A DNA stretch of 62,762 nt, filler included, from Basidiobolus ranarum (lineage: Eukaryota), in assembly GCA_040143965.1 (NCBI GenBank). It is 24 parts of 24 records of this genome, joined end to end, with 100 filler letters (N's around TTAATTAATTAA, not from the genome) between each part and the next. Parts side by side here need not be neighbours in the genome. Positions count along the whole stretch, not along the records: positions 13,138 to 15,662 come from JASJQH010010115.1; positions 15,763 to 18,287 come from JASJQH010010116.1; positions 18,388 to 20,911 come from JASJQH010010117.1; positions 21,012 to 23,534 come from JASJQH010010118.1; 20 more parts are not named here. One strand, 5' to 3'. Shown here piece after piece: positions 13,138-23,634 of the stretch. Each line of letters begins with the position of its first letter. The first letter of the stretch is position 1. The position numbers and the translations under genes are program-made. The notes below the pieces were generated by a model that was not told where the DNA came from, did no database searches, and worked only from the letters and a program-made list of their open reading frames with translations.

Positions 13138-13708
13138 CAAAAGTAAGAAGGGAAAAATGCAGTGCAAGTATGCAGAAAGTGGCTTCAGAAGACAAGCATT
13201 CAACTTTACATTCAGTCCAGTGTTGACCATGCAGATATCTGGGGCAAACTTAATAGAGAGTGGCACAATATTGCAGGTATTCACCAGATAGCTAGAAGAA
13301 TGTTAATTTGGCAATGTTTATACAATGGCGGGCTTTGATGGAGATACTGATACAAACTTGTGTTGGGTATGAGCTAAGCATTTGGTATGAAGAACTCTAT
13401 AAAAATATTCAGGAAAATATATCAAAGAGACTAGGGATTTTGAAGGTGACAAATTAGCATTTAAGTGGTAATTGTGTAAAATTTGAGTTACATTTTTTGC
13501 ACATGTGTTGATCCAGAGTTCTCTGAGATTGTAGCCAATCATGTGCAACTACTTTGCAAGATCTTGAATTACACTCCTGAAACTGAAAAAATTGATTAAA
13601 ATCAAATCTAACTTGACAATTTTATGATGGTAAGTAAACAGTCAATCCCAAATGGTTTAAAATTTTGATGATTTTCCTACAATAACAATCCTGAAATTTC
13701 TGTCAGGG
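13138..13708 (-). mobile_element. CMC element left end, reversed (ends ATTTCTGTCAGGG), with ORF2 C-terminus on the + strand
   Basis: Homologous to 49000-49572, 57885-58456 and the reverse of 25722-26156. Homology stops sharply at GGG. Confidence 0.75.
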
Positions 13709-13739
13709 CTGACTATGCAAAAATCTTGTAGTTGAACAT

Positions 13740-14849
13740 CAGACACTTTATTACAAGTTAAAAGAAGATAGATTTAATCTATGCTGGTATTCAATACATT
13801 CCCTGCTGCATCTTTCATAATGCTTGGAGATTGAAGGCCCTTGCTATACAGTCTGGGACTTCCTAATGGAGTACACCTGTGGTGAGATGATGCTCAGTGT
13901 GAAATTGTCAGTATTACCATATGCTAATATGATTGACAATGTATCAGGAAAATCAGTGATGGATGTAATGCAAAGGGTTAGGAGACTCCAGAGTCTATTA
14001 ACCTTCCAGCAAAGGGCCCTTTCTAATATACTCATGGATTTTTGCATTGTTTGAGCCCAAAACCAGCAACAAGACCCAATTCATGGACTCAAGGTAGGTA
14101 CCACTAAAATTAGGACTAATATGTTTGTGTGATAATCTGTTGGTATTTCTAGAAAAGCTGCTAGACAGACTTCTTGGCAAGATAGATCAAGATATGCAGT
14201 GTTATATTTTTAGCCATGGGGAAATCTATTTATGCAATAACATAGCTACTTGTGGCAGGACATTTGTCAGATTCATGTTGTGGAAAGCTTGGTCGAATTC
14301 TTTGATGCAATTGGCCAAAATCCAAGAGCTTATTCTCATTGTGAATGATAATTAGAGTCATCTATTTACCAAGCATCAGTGCTATTCAAAATTTCAGAAG
14401 TTTAGCAATTTCTCCACCTTTAGTTTGTTGGTAAAGCATATTGATGTTGTTGATTTATTTCTGATCAGGCATGTATGTGCATATATTGCAGCTAAACACA
14501 ACAAGATTCTTGTATATTTTGATTCTCCTCATGACTGGAATAGAAAGCCTAAAATATCTAAATGAAGGCATGAGTATTATTTGAATTCCTACAGTAGTAC
14601 ACCCATTAATTTGGCATTTGAAAATTGGTCTTTGCAAAAATTGTTGGAAATTAAATAACACATGCCAAATATCAGGATCTACATTTTACAATGAATTTAT
14701 ACTGTCAAAATACTGTCATGAAGCCACCATTGCACCATCTAAATTCCTGGCAGAAAGCAAGCCACCAATATTGTGACAGTTCTGTGACAGTTTTGCAATC
14801 TTGAAGGGTGGATCCAATCACAATCAAACCAATTTTATTTTTGTTAGGA
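13740..14849 (+). mobile_element. CMC transposase 3' remnant and right end (..ATTTTTGTTAGGA)
   Basis: HSLLHL..GPCYTVWDFLMEYTCG..PYANM. Colinear with 47400-48476 and 60540-61631. Confidence 0.8.
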
Positions 14850-14853
14850 TAAT

Positions 14854-15662
14854 TGTAGAAATTAGTTTTGCCTAAGCACCTGAATAGTCATGTATAGCTT
14901 ATTACTTAGTTATCTTATGGTCCACTAAGATATTATCTATTATTCTCAATTGGAATTTACTTAGAATATTTTTTCCACCTTAGAGGTTATTAGTTACATA
15001 AAATTTTCAAACTTGTGCTAGAAGCCACAAACCTTGCACACATGTTCCTAGGACCTTCCATAACTCATTCAACATGCTTGTTTGTTTACATCTTAACAAA
15101 ACTATAAATGTCAACTTTCTAGTTAATACTTCAATTAGTGAGAACCACCAAATCCTCTTATTCTCCAAACCACTTCCAACAGACTCCCATATTGTTTAAC
15201 AGGTTATGAGCCCCAAGCTTGCACTCTCCGTAAAGTCTACCTCTCAAATATATGGAACTTTTCCTTCTTCTGAAAAATTGAAAAGAACCAATTATGAAGT
15301 TTAGAAAATTGAAATGAAAATGCTACTGCAAGAAAAGGACTTTGGGACACTGTTGGAGAATAAGAAAACAATGCAAAACTATTTGAAACCAAAGGTTCAC
15401 TCCAGGTTAAAAAACAACAATGTTCCTTTAACACAATTTGTCTTAATATCAAAGACAAACTGCCAATTTGTTGTTCAAGAGCTAAAACTGCTAAAAAGGT
15501 ATTGAAAGCCCTGGAAGACACCTACCAAACACGTTCTGCTGCTTACAAGATGTTTCTAAGAAGACAATTCTTCAACTTAAAGATGAAGCGAGGATAAGAC
15601 ATCACATTACCAATTCACCGAGTCACTTTTTAATGGATGAAATGGAATGCATTGGAGTACCT
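14854..15662 (+). mobile_element. Copia 5' LTR type B (14854-15201), PBS (15202-15215) and gag start
   Basis: TGTAGAAATT...TTTAACA then GGTTATGAGCCCCA. Gag KALEDTYQT.SAA.KMFLRRQFFNLKM. Confidence 0.85.
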
Positions 15663-16146
15663 NNNNNNNNNNNNNNNNNNNNNNNNNNNNNNNNNNNNNN
15701 NNNNNNTTAATTAATTAANNNNNNNNNNNNNNNNNNNNNNNNNNNNNNNNNNNNNNNNNNNNGAACTTTGCCTTGGCGACTAACCAATAGCATGTAATTA
15801 AGCTAAATTCCAGTTTTGTTTTTACTAAATAAATAACCTTCTACTTTTTGAAAGTAAAATAAAAACATACCCCCATGTTCGAAGTGTTTGTTTGTGGTCT
15901 TTAGAGTGAAAGATCGTTGGTTACCACTATGCTTGTCGTGCTGAGAACTTGGAAAGTACTTCTGAATGGAAATGTTGACGTAACCAATAGGAATCTCAGT
16001 TGTAATATAGTGATCTCCATGATGGAAATATTAATATAAATTAAATACTTTTTTATGCACGTTCGCTTACTCATTCATGGCATTTCATGTCACAGATCAA
16101 TGACTTTGTTTACCACTATAGATTCAATATTTAACCATGAATAGTC

Positions 16147-17569
16147 ATGAAAGGTACTGCTATGTCACTATCTTTAATAAATTTACCTCAAGAAGTGCTT
16201 GATGAGATCTTGGAGTATCTTCCTGCTACGGAACTTACTCTTCTAAGTTCAGTGTGTAGAGATTTGCACAACCTTGTGGAAAGTGAAATTCTATGGAAAC
16301 AACGTTGTTATAATGACTTCAATCTCTCTTTGACCCAAACCTCTCGTCTGGACGGTTGGAAAAAACTATACAAAGCTTTAACCAAACCTTCCGTTTACAC
16401 TTGGGGTGAAGGTAGTCATGGTCGCTTAGGACGCGAAATTGGAGGGAATATTTTCAATATTAAGCCAAAGATTGTTGAGGAGATGAATGGTAAAGGTATT
16501 GCTCAACTTGTATGTGGGGGTTGGTCAATGACTACTTTGACTAAACAAGGAGAAGTGTGGACTTGGGGAACCATGAATGCTGAAGCCTCTCTTCAAAGAA
16601 ACCCTAATGACTACGACCAAGAGGAACCCATTAACACACCTGCTACTTTCTATAGAATGATGAGTACTGGTCCAAATGTTGTTCATGAGACTCCTACTCT
16701 AATTGAAGGTCTAAGAGGAAAGAAAGTAAAATCTATAGCCTCAGGAAGAGCACACGGCTTAGCTTTAACTAATAATGGTTAGTACTTTAGCGAATATTCA
16801 CTCTGAGATACACCATGTTTGCTTACTTTTTAAATAATATCTTATCAACCATATAGGCGAAGTCTACCAATGGAGATCGGTTTCTAGAGTAATAAGGATC
16901 AGTTTACCAGAGGAAAGTAGAATCGTGCAGATTGCTGCAGGTTGGTCACACTCGCTAGCGTTATCAAGAGATGGTCGTATATTTTCCTGGGAATCCGATA
17001 CTCCAGATATAATATCAGAGGGTGAATGTGTGGCTAACCCAACAAAGAATGAGCGATATGTCCTCATTGCAGGTGGGGAGAACTTCACTCTCGGATTAAC
17101 GAATCTTGGTAACGTTTACAAGTCAGAGAATGGGGGGAATCCGTCTAACCTAAGCTTATTTGACGGTGCATCCGGTAAAAAGTTTACTCATATTAGTGCT
17201 GCATTTCGTCACTTTGCAGCCTTCAATGAGGAGGGTGAAGTAGCTATATGGGATGATACAGGAAACGAAGAAGTCTATCCGGAGCTTCAGCATCGCGGAG
17301 TAAACCAAGTTGCTTTTGGTGACTGGCATTCTGGTGCTTTAACTGATGATGGAAAGCTGTATACTTGGGGGCAACATTCAGGAGGTGCTTTGGGCCATAG
17401 TGATGTATTTCATGAGGTGAAGCGTCCAACCTTAGTGAAAGAGCTTGAGAATCAATACGTGTTTAGTATTTCCTTTGCTGGTTGGCATTCAGCAGCATTA
17501 GTAGTCCCTTTAGACACCAAGCCAGAGAGTAATTCGATATGGCAATTTATCACGCAGTTATTTAATTAG
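16147..17569 (+). CDS. F-box + RCC1-repeat protein (Saf1/Pof9-like SCF substrate adaptor); exons 16147-16777 and 16857-17569
   Basis: N-terminal F-box LINLPQEVLDEILEYL..LSSVCR..W. RCC1 repeats (VYTWGEGSHGRLG, IAAGWSHSLAL, VAFGDWHSGALT, LYTWG..GALG). A GTTAGT..TAG intron (16778-16856) joins the two ORFs in frame. The start could be 16162. Confidence 0.9.
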
Positions 17570-17735
17570 CATTGATCAAACTTGATCTAGTTTGAATGAA
17601 TTTGAAATTTGTGCGGGGTTTAATACTTGACCTTTTCACCCCTTTTTCACACTCTCCCCCAAATTACAACGAACGCAAATTTCGAGATAAATAAAATGGT
17701 ATTTGCTAGCTTTTATTGCGTGATAATCAAACACT

Positions 17736-18287
17736 ATGTCGGTCAGAAGTCTTCTGAATTGTCAAGTCCTTCGCTCAGTCAAAATCTCTGCGACGCGTGC
17801 AAGCGTCCGTAATGTTGCGCTATTCCATACTGGTATTTACTAATTTATTCCATAAAATGGCCATTTATTCTACAAATGTTAATCCTCCCATTTCAATACT
17901 TGTTGTAGTTCGTCCTCTTTGGAACGAGAAAAAAGCTTTGGAAGTAGAAAAACCTGTTGAGCAGACCAAAACTGTAGTCGAAGCTATTAAAGCAGCTACC
18001 GAAGGTGATAAAAGCGTTACTGAATCAGCCAAAGTTGCTACTTCTAATACCAATACCGATACTGACATAGAGTACATTAAGCCTGGTTAGTACCCTCTTA
18101 GCTTCATTCAATACGACTATCGTGTATCTAAACTATTTAAATTTTGAAACACTCTAGTCCCTTATAAGAATGCTGGTACGTGTTTTAGCACTATGGTTAT
18201 TTGATATTCTTGTCGGTTTTTGTGAATTTAAAAGCTTACTCTTTAGATGGTATTACTGTTTACCCACCGGATTATATGCATGGCGCT
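17736..18287 (+). CDS. Mitochondrially targeted protein, possibly succinate dehydrogenase cytochrome b small subunit (SDH4/CybS-like), 3' truncated; exons 17736-17832, 17909-18085, 18158-18175, 18247->18287
   Basis: Arg/Ser-rich, acid-free presequence MSVRSLLNCQVLRSVKISATRASVRNVALFHT. Three phase-1 GT-AG introns keep the frame. It ends VYPPDYMHGA, similar to the PP...HGSYHW motif of fungal Sdh4, but the diagnostic residues lie past the contig end. The gene structure is surer than the product call. Confidence 0.55.
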
Positions 18288-18387
18288 NNNNNNNNNNNNN
18301 NNNNNNNNNNNNNNNNNNNNNNNNNNNNNNNTTAATTAATTAANNNNNNNNNNNNNNNNNNNNNNNNNNNNNNNNNNNNNNNNNNNN

Positions 18388-18583
18388 CGTCACCATCGTA
18401 TTCGTCATCATCGTAATCGCCATGGCCACCACCACCACCTCCGTATTTCTTGGTTCTGCCACCACCGTCACCACCATATTCTACTCCCTTATAGCTTGGG
18501 TCATACGAACGTTCTAGCACACTGGAATTAATGGCTAGGGCAGCGGAAAGAACAATCAAGAGTTGGGCAATTGAGTATTTCAT
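18388..18583 (-). CDS. Secreted Gly/Tyr/Asp/Lys-rich repeat protein, paralog 1 (3' truncated)
   Basis: MKYSIAQLLIVLSAALAINSSVLERSYDPSYKGVEYGG.., nearly identical to the N-terminus of 19263..19850. Confidence 0.85.
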
Positions 18584-19262
18584 TGTTGAGATAATTAATT
18601 AGGCTGATGGAAGTTGCGATACCTTTTATAGTTCCAGAAGAATAATTCGTTAGCATGTGATTTGTTAATGTAATACTAATACATTCCACGTTCCATTTTG
18701 GTGGAGAAAAACATATATAGGATTCATATAGAAACATTCCTAAACATATGGGCATAGATCTGTAAATCGAAGCAAATCATCTAATACTGTCGATCACTTG
18801 GGGGTTGTTCATCGTGGTAAAAAGGGTGATGATTGGAACAGAAATGATTTGTTAGAGCTATTCTGGATATCTAACCTTGGTGTTCATACTAGTAATGGTA
18901 ATTGGACTTTGTTAGTGAATTCGAGAGAATTTGAATCTAACAATCCGATATATACATAGCCATAAATCCTTTATATATTATATTATTGTTAGTCTTAATA
19001 ATGCCCACTGAGATATTTACTTCGCTAACGAGATATCACAGTTTCTATGTGCTTGTAGCTTTAAAAATGATGGATAAATTTACAACAATAAGTGGTAAAG
19101 CTCTTTAATTCCAAAGTTGTGGCAACCAGTATCAATATTTAATTCAAAGTAGCAACTAGTATTAATGTTTAAACAGGGGTTTATTTGCTTGTATGATCTA
19201 AACAATAACACAGGGTATAATCAGTCGATAACTCAGTCTGATATCACATCAAAATTTACTGT

Positions 19263-19850
19263 CTAATATTTCTTGTAATCTTTATTTCCTCCATGACCGC
19301 CGCCATACTTGCCATCACCGTCACCATCGTAATCGTCACCATCATAATCGCCGCCGCCACCTCCGCCACCATATTTCTTTGCTCTTCCTCCTCCTCCTCC
19401 ATGCTTGTAGTCATCACCGTCATACTCTTCGTCGTAATCACCGCCACCACCGCCACCACCATACTTCTTTCCTCTTCCATGACCGTCACTATCGTATTCG
19501 TCATCATCGTAATCATCGCCATGACCACCACCACCGTATTTTTTTCCTTTCCCTCCTCCATGTTTGTAGTTACCTCCATCACCATGTCCATCATACTCAT
19601 CATCATCATAATCATCTCCATGACCACCACCATACTTTTTTCCTCTTCCATGACCGTCACCATCGTATTCATCATCGTCGTAATCACCATGACCGCCACC
19701 ACCACCTCCGTATTTCTTGGTTCTACCGCCACCACCACCACCATATTCCACTCCCTTATAGCTTGGATCGTAGGAGCGTTCGAGCACGCTAGCATTTATG
19801 GCTAGGACAGCGGAAAGAACAACCAGTAGTTGAGCAGTAGAGTATTTCAT
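19263..19850 (-). CDS. Secreted Gly/Tyr/Asp/Lys/His-rich repeat protein, paralog 2 (complete, 195 aa, intronless)
   Basis: Signal peptide MKYSTAQLLVVLSAVLA. Five internal KKYGGG units, the first four followed by DYDD(D/E)EYD-type blocks and the fifth by DYDGDDYD. Ends DYKKY. Confidence 0.9.
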   Translation of the reverse strand: MKYSTAQLLVVLSAVLAINASVLERSYDPSYKGVEYGGGGGGRTKKYGGGGGGHGDYDDDEYDGDGHGRGKKYGGGHGDDYDDDEYDGHGDGGNYKHGGGKGKKYGGGGHGDDYDDDEYDSDGHGRGKKYGGGGGGGDYDEEYDGDDYKHGGGGGRAKKYGGGGGGGDYDGDDYDGDGDGKYGGGHGGNKDYKKY

Positions 19851-20608
19851 TGTTGAGATAAGTTGAAGTTACTGGAAATCCAGTTCTACTTATACTTCTA
19901 GAATAACAGTTTAGACAAAGGTACTAACATGTAGAACCCTGCATAGTAAGGTAGTGGTAATAAGGTCCAAGTTAGGTACCTCGTTCAAATTTTTCTTCGC
20001 TTACCACCTTAATGCGCAAATAGCAAGATCGATGAAGTGCTTTCATATCTGAGCACTAGTGGATGGAATGGTTTGCATATATCAATCACTTGGTTATAAT
20101 CCTATGAATCATAACCTGCATGAATCTTTACCTTATCTTTGTCGATCACATATGGTTATGCATTATAGCTACGAACATTTCTCTGAGCAGATTTTAGTGC
20201 AAATATAATGCAATTTCAAATATTGCCAACTCCTAGGTTACATGCATGCCATATCTGGTTGGATATCAAATAAGATGTTCCGAGTGCAGCTGATCCTCAA
20301 GCTGATTACTGCACTGGAAATTGACACTTGACACGCCCTGTTATTACATCTTGAATAGAGCCTCATGACTGATGAGCAATATCTACATGAAATAGGATTT
20401 AATATGTTCATATAATAGATTACAGCAGTAAATTAGATATAAGTGTGGTAACCAACTTTGATAAAAATTTGTGGCTAGTATTGCTTGTTAAAAAAGTGAT
20501 TTATTTATGATATAAGCTAACTCTGGGTATACTCAATGGTCTATCAGAAGGGAGGTGTATCTTATCGGAATCGGTGGTTTAAAGTCATAGTTTATCAAAA
20601 CCAGAAGC

Positions 20609-20911
20609 CTAGTACTTGTTGTAGTTATTGCCCCCACCATGGCCGCCACCATATTTCTTGCCATTTCCATCATAATCATCACCATCGTAATCGTCACCTC
20701 CACCTCCACCGCCATACTTCTTTCCTCTTCCTCCTCCGTGTTTGTAGTCATCTCCATCACCGTGTCCATCGTACTCATCATAATCATCACCACCACCGCC
20801 GCCGTATTTCTTACCTCTTCCTCCTCCATTACCATGACCCTCATATTCATCATCGTAATAATCAGCGCCGCCACCCCCGCCAAAGTTATTGCCTCATCAC
20901 CATCCAAGCAT
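20609..20911 (-). CDS. Gly/Tyr/Asp/Lys-rich repeat protein, paralog 3 (5' truncated; possible frameshift near the contig edge)
   Basis: The frame reads GGGGGADYYDDEYEGHGNGGGRGKKYGGGGGDDYDEYD...GKKYGGGHGGGNNYNKY* (stop 20611-20609). In-frame TGA TGA at 20899-20894. This frame is not in the ORF track. Confidence 0.75.
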
Positions 20912-21284
20912 NNNNNNNNNNNNNNNNNNNNNNNNNNNNNNNNNNNNNNNNNNNNTTAATTAATTAANNNNNNNNNNNNNNNNNNNNNNNNNNNNNNNNN
21001 NNNNNNNNNNNATGTTAACTAACTTATATGTGATATATGAAATAGTTAGGTGTATAAATATAGAGATAACAAATATGATAAAGACAATAAACTTCAACAA
21101 GCAGCATGTTGCTGTAGCTATACTACAATATATTGAAGATCTTGTATCATTGTCAAGTGACTTTCTAACTGATGACTAGTAGCTTCAGAATGCTATATTA
21201 ATTGCATTATTGCTGTGTCGTTGCTTATCATGGTATATCTAGCAATTCAGTAGCTTTTACCTATGAGCTGATACAGATCATTAC

Positions 21285-21615
21285 TATGTCCTGCCTGATA
21301 TTCCCTTGTAGTATTGATTGTATCCAAATTGTCTACTGAAGGATTTTCCATAGTTGAAGTAGGCATTTTGCAAGTTAATGATCTTGATGGCATTTCAATT
21401 GAACTTGGCCAACTATGGTATACTATTTACTTGGGGGATTTCAATCTTCTCACTTGCTCCATTGCAAGAAAGGAATACATCCAGTCAATTGAGTAATTCT
21501 TTGCTGTTACTTTGGTTAATTCTTGGTGTGTTGATCCTTTCAAAAGTGGATAGTGGATCATTAGACTGCTCATCAATTAAGTCTTCTGTTCTTACTGGTT
21601 TTTTTCCTTTTTTTT
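21285..21615 (-). mobile_element. Diverged fragment of putative CMC ORF2 N-terminal region
   Basis: Similar to 58460-58790 and to the reverse of 33790-34014. Confidence 0.55.
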
Positions 21616-22329
21616 AATCTGACTTTTCAGAAAGTGTCTATTGAAAATATCAGCTATATCTGTGCCCAAATCAGCCACAATTCTGGCCCTATTACATCAG
21701 CAGAAAATACATGACCATGAGGATCATCCAGAACAAGGAATAAACCAGGGCACTGGTGGAGCACTACCAATGATGATGTCTAGGCTAATGCAGCATTCTG
21801 TGGCAAGCCACAGACTTAAAATCAACCTCTGGAGTATCCAGAATCAATTATGGGAAAAAGAAATACGTGAATAGTATGCTTTACTTAAAGTGAATAAAAC
21901 ACAGATTTAAGTCCTCTACTAACAGGAAGAAAGTCAACAGGTTGCACATGGGTCTAGATATATATAATTAATACAAAATCAACCTATGTTGATGGAAATT
22001 TAGAAGAACTCTATATTGACTAACACTATGGACTTGTTGACCTAACACTCCCTGATATGGTCTATAATCTGCAAAAATACTATATGGACCTAAGCAAACA
22101 CCCAGGACATGGTAAAATAAGATATTTCCCTATTTGGAACTGCTGGAATATCAAAAATGCACAGCAGATCTCAGTATCAATATCCAAACAACCAGAAATA
22201 GAATCCTTATCTTAGCTCTATATGTGCATGACTGATCATAGCCACAAAAGATCTGTAAGCACTTAATGAGACCAAAAGCAGCTTATCAAACCAATTTCAC
22301 AAGACTGATATGGGCAGACTTAGTCCAAC

Positions 22330-22830
22330 TATTGTATTTGAAGATAATCCAAGTTGTGACTCATTAGCCAAAAATTGTTCATTTAATGCTAGAACACAAC
22401 ATAAAAATGTAAGGCATCATTTTGTTAGGCCATAAATATAGAATTATATAATTGCACTTGTCCATTGCCCTACTGAAGAAATGATTGCTAACATTTTAAC
22501 TAAGTCTTTGGCTGATGCACTATTTGAATTATGAAGACATAAGTTAGGTTTATGAGATATGCAAAATAGTAAGTGGAGTGGAAATCTTGTAATTAGATAA
22601 ATAGCTACTCATGACTTTGGAGTTACTTGATTCCTATTCCAATTTTTTACACTTAATTCTGCCATTCAAAGATGTGTGTTTAATGATGTAATGTATAGAA
22701 ATATCAATTATACTCTTACCAATTTTCTCTATTTTCTCAAATCTTCTTCAAATCACCTGTAATTTTCACCAATGCTTTACAGGAATGTTTGTTATGATCT
22801 AAGCATGTCCAATATCTCTATTTGATATTT
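22330..22830 (+). mobile_element. Copia RNase H end, PPT and partial 3' LTR-C
   Basis: VFEDN.SC..LAKN..F.ART.H..VRHHFVR..CPTEEMIANILTK, then AAGTGGAGTGGAAA and LTR-C sequence. Confidence 0.75.
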
Positions 22831-22843
22831 AATTCAATATAAT

Positions 22844-23534
22844 TCAAGTGGCTAATTCACAAATCCAAGTCTCATCCAAAATACTTCCAAAATGAAATTG
22901 CTTAAAAACAACTAGTAACAAAGCAAAACTGTCATTTTTTATCATTAATGTCTTGTAAATCTCCTGATGATACATCTGCAACACCATCTCAGAATCAGCT
23001 GAAGACATTATTGGGATATACCTACAACACCACCCAAACATAGTAGGAGTTATATTTTTACAAAATCCTTATCATGCTGCAACACAAACATTTAAAAGAG
23101 CCCTGCTATTATTGTCACATCAACTTGTGCTATGTAAGCCAGAAGCTTCATAGAAAAATAACCACAAGCACAGTGACTATACAAGGCCACCATCAATATG
23201 ACCCAAATGATGTAGGAAGAAGTGCCACTTTGGTCAAACCAGTAAGTCTAAAAAAATTCAAGGACATACTACTGGATGTTGACCTTAGTTATTCTAGTGC
23301 TGATGGATGTATATTAAAAGATGAAGAAGGAGACAATGGTTTTGCTATGGACTCTTTGTTATTAGTAAGCATTAGTCTGCTTATAACACTTACAGCCAAG
23401 GAATCAGCTTTGCTTATTGAGGAGTGGAGGGTTCAATCCAATCATGGCAACCAGGTGTTTGCTGGTTTTCTTACACTTTTCTCACAGTTGATTGGCAACT
23501 GTTGCTTGCCCCAGCCATGGTGCAAGTGGCAAAC
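22844..23534 (+). mobile_element. CMC transposase 5' region (start about 23074) with upstream divergent-promoter region
   Basis: ORF 23074 (PCYYCH..; YDPNDVGRSATLVKP..LLIEEWRVQSN) matches 2002..2412. The upstream part matches 58860-59110. Confidence 0.7.
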
Positions 23535-23634
23535 NNNNNNNNNNNNNNNNNNNNNNNNNNNNNNNNNNNNNNNNNNNNTTAATTAATTAANNNNNNNNNN
23601 NNNNNNNNNNNNNNNNNNNNNNNNNNNNNNNNNN

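Noticed and set aside
19256..19805. Overlapping ORFs rich in Met/Val, Ile/Thr or His/Arg (19256, 19293, 19379, 20533, 20536, 20639)
   Set aside because: These are shadow frames of GGT/GAT/GAC-rich repeats. Only the Gly-rich frame has a signal peptide conserved between paralogs.
19263..19850. KK-YGG resemblance to enkephalin precursors
   Set aside because: The Phe at position 4 required for opioid peptides is absent (YGGG), and the similarity is expected by chance in Gly/Tyr-rich sequence.
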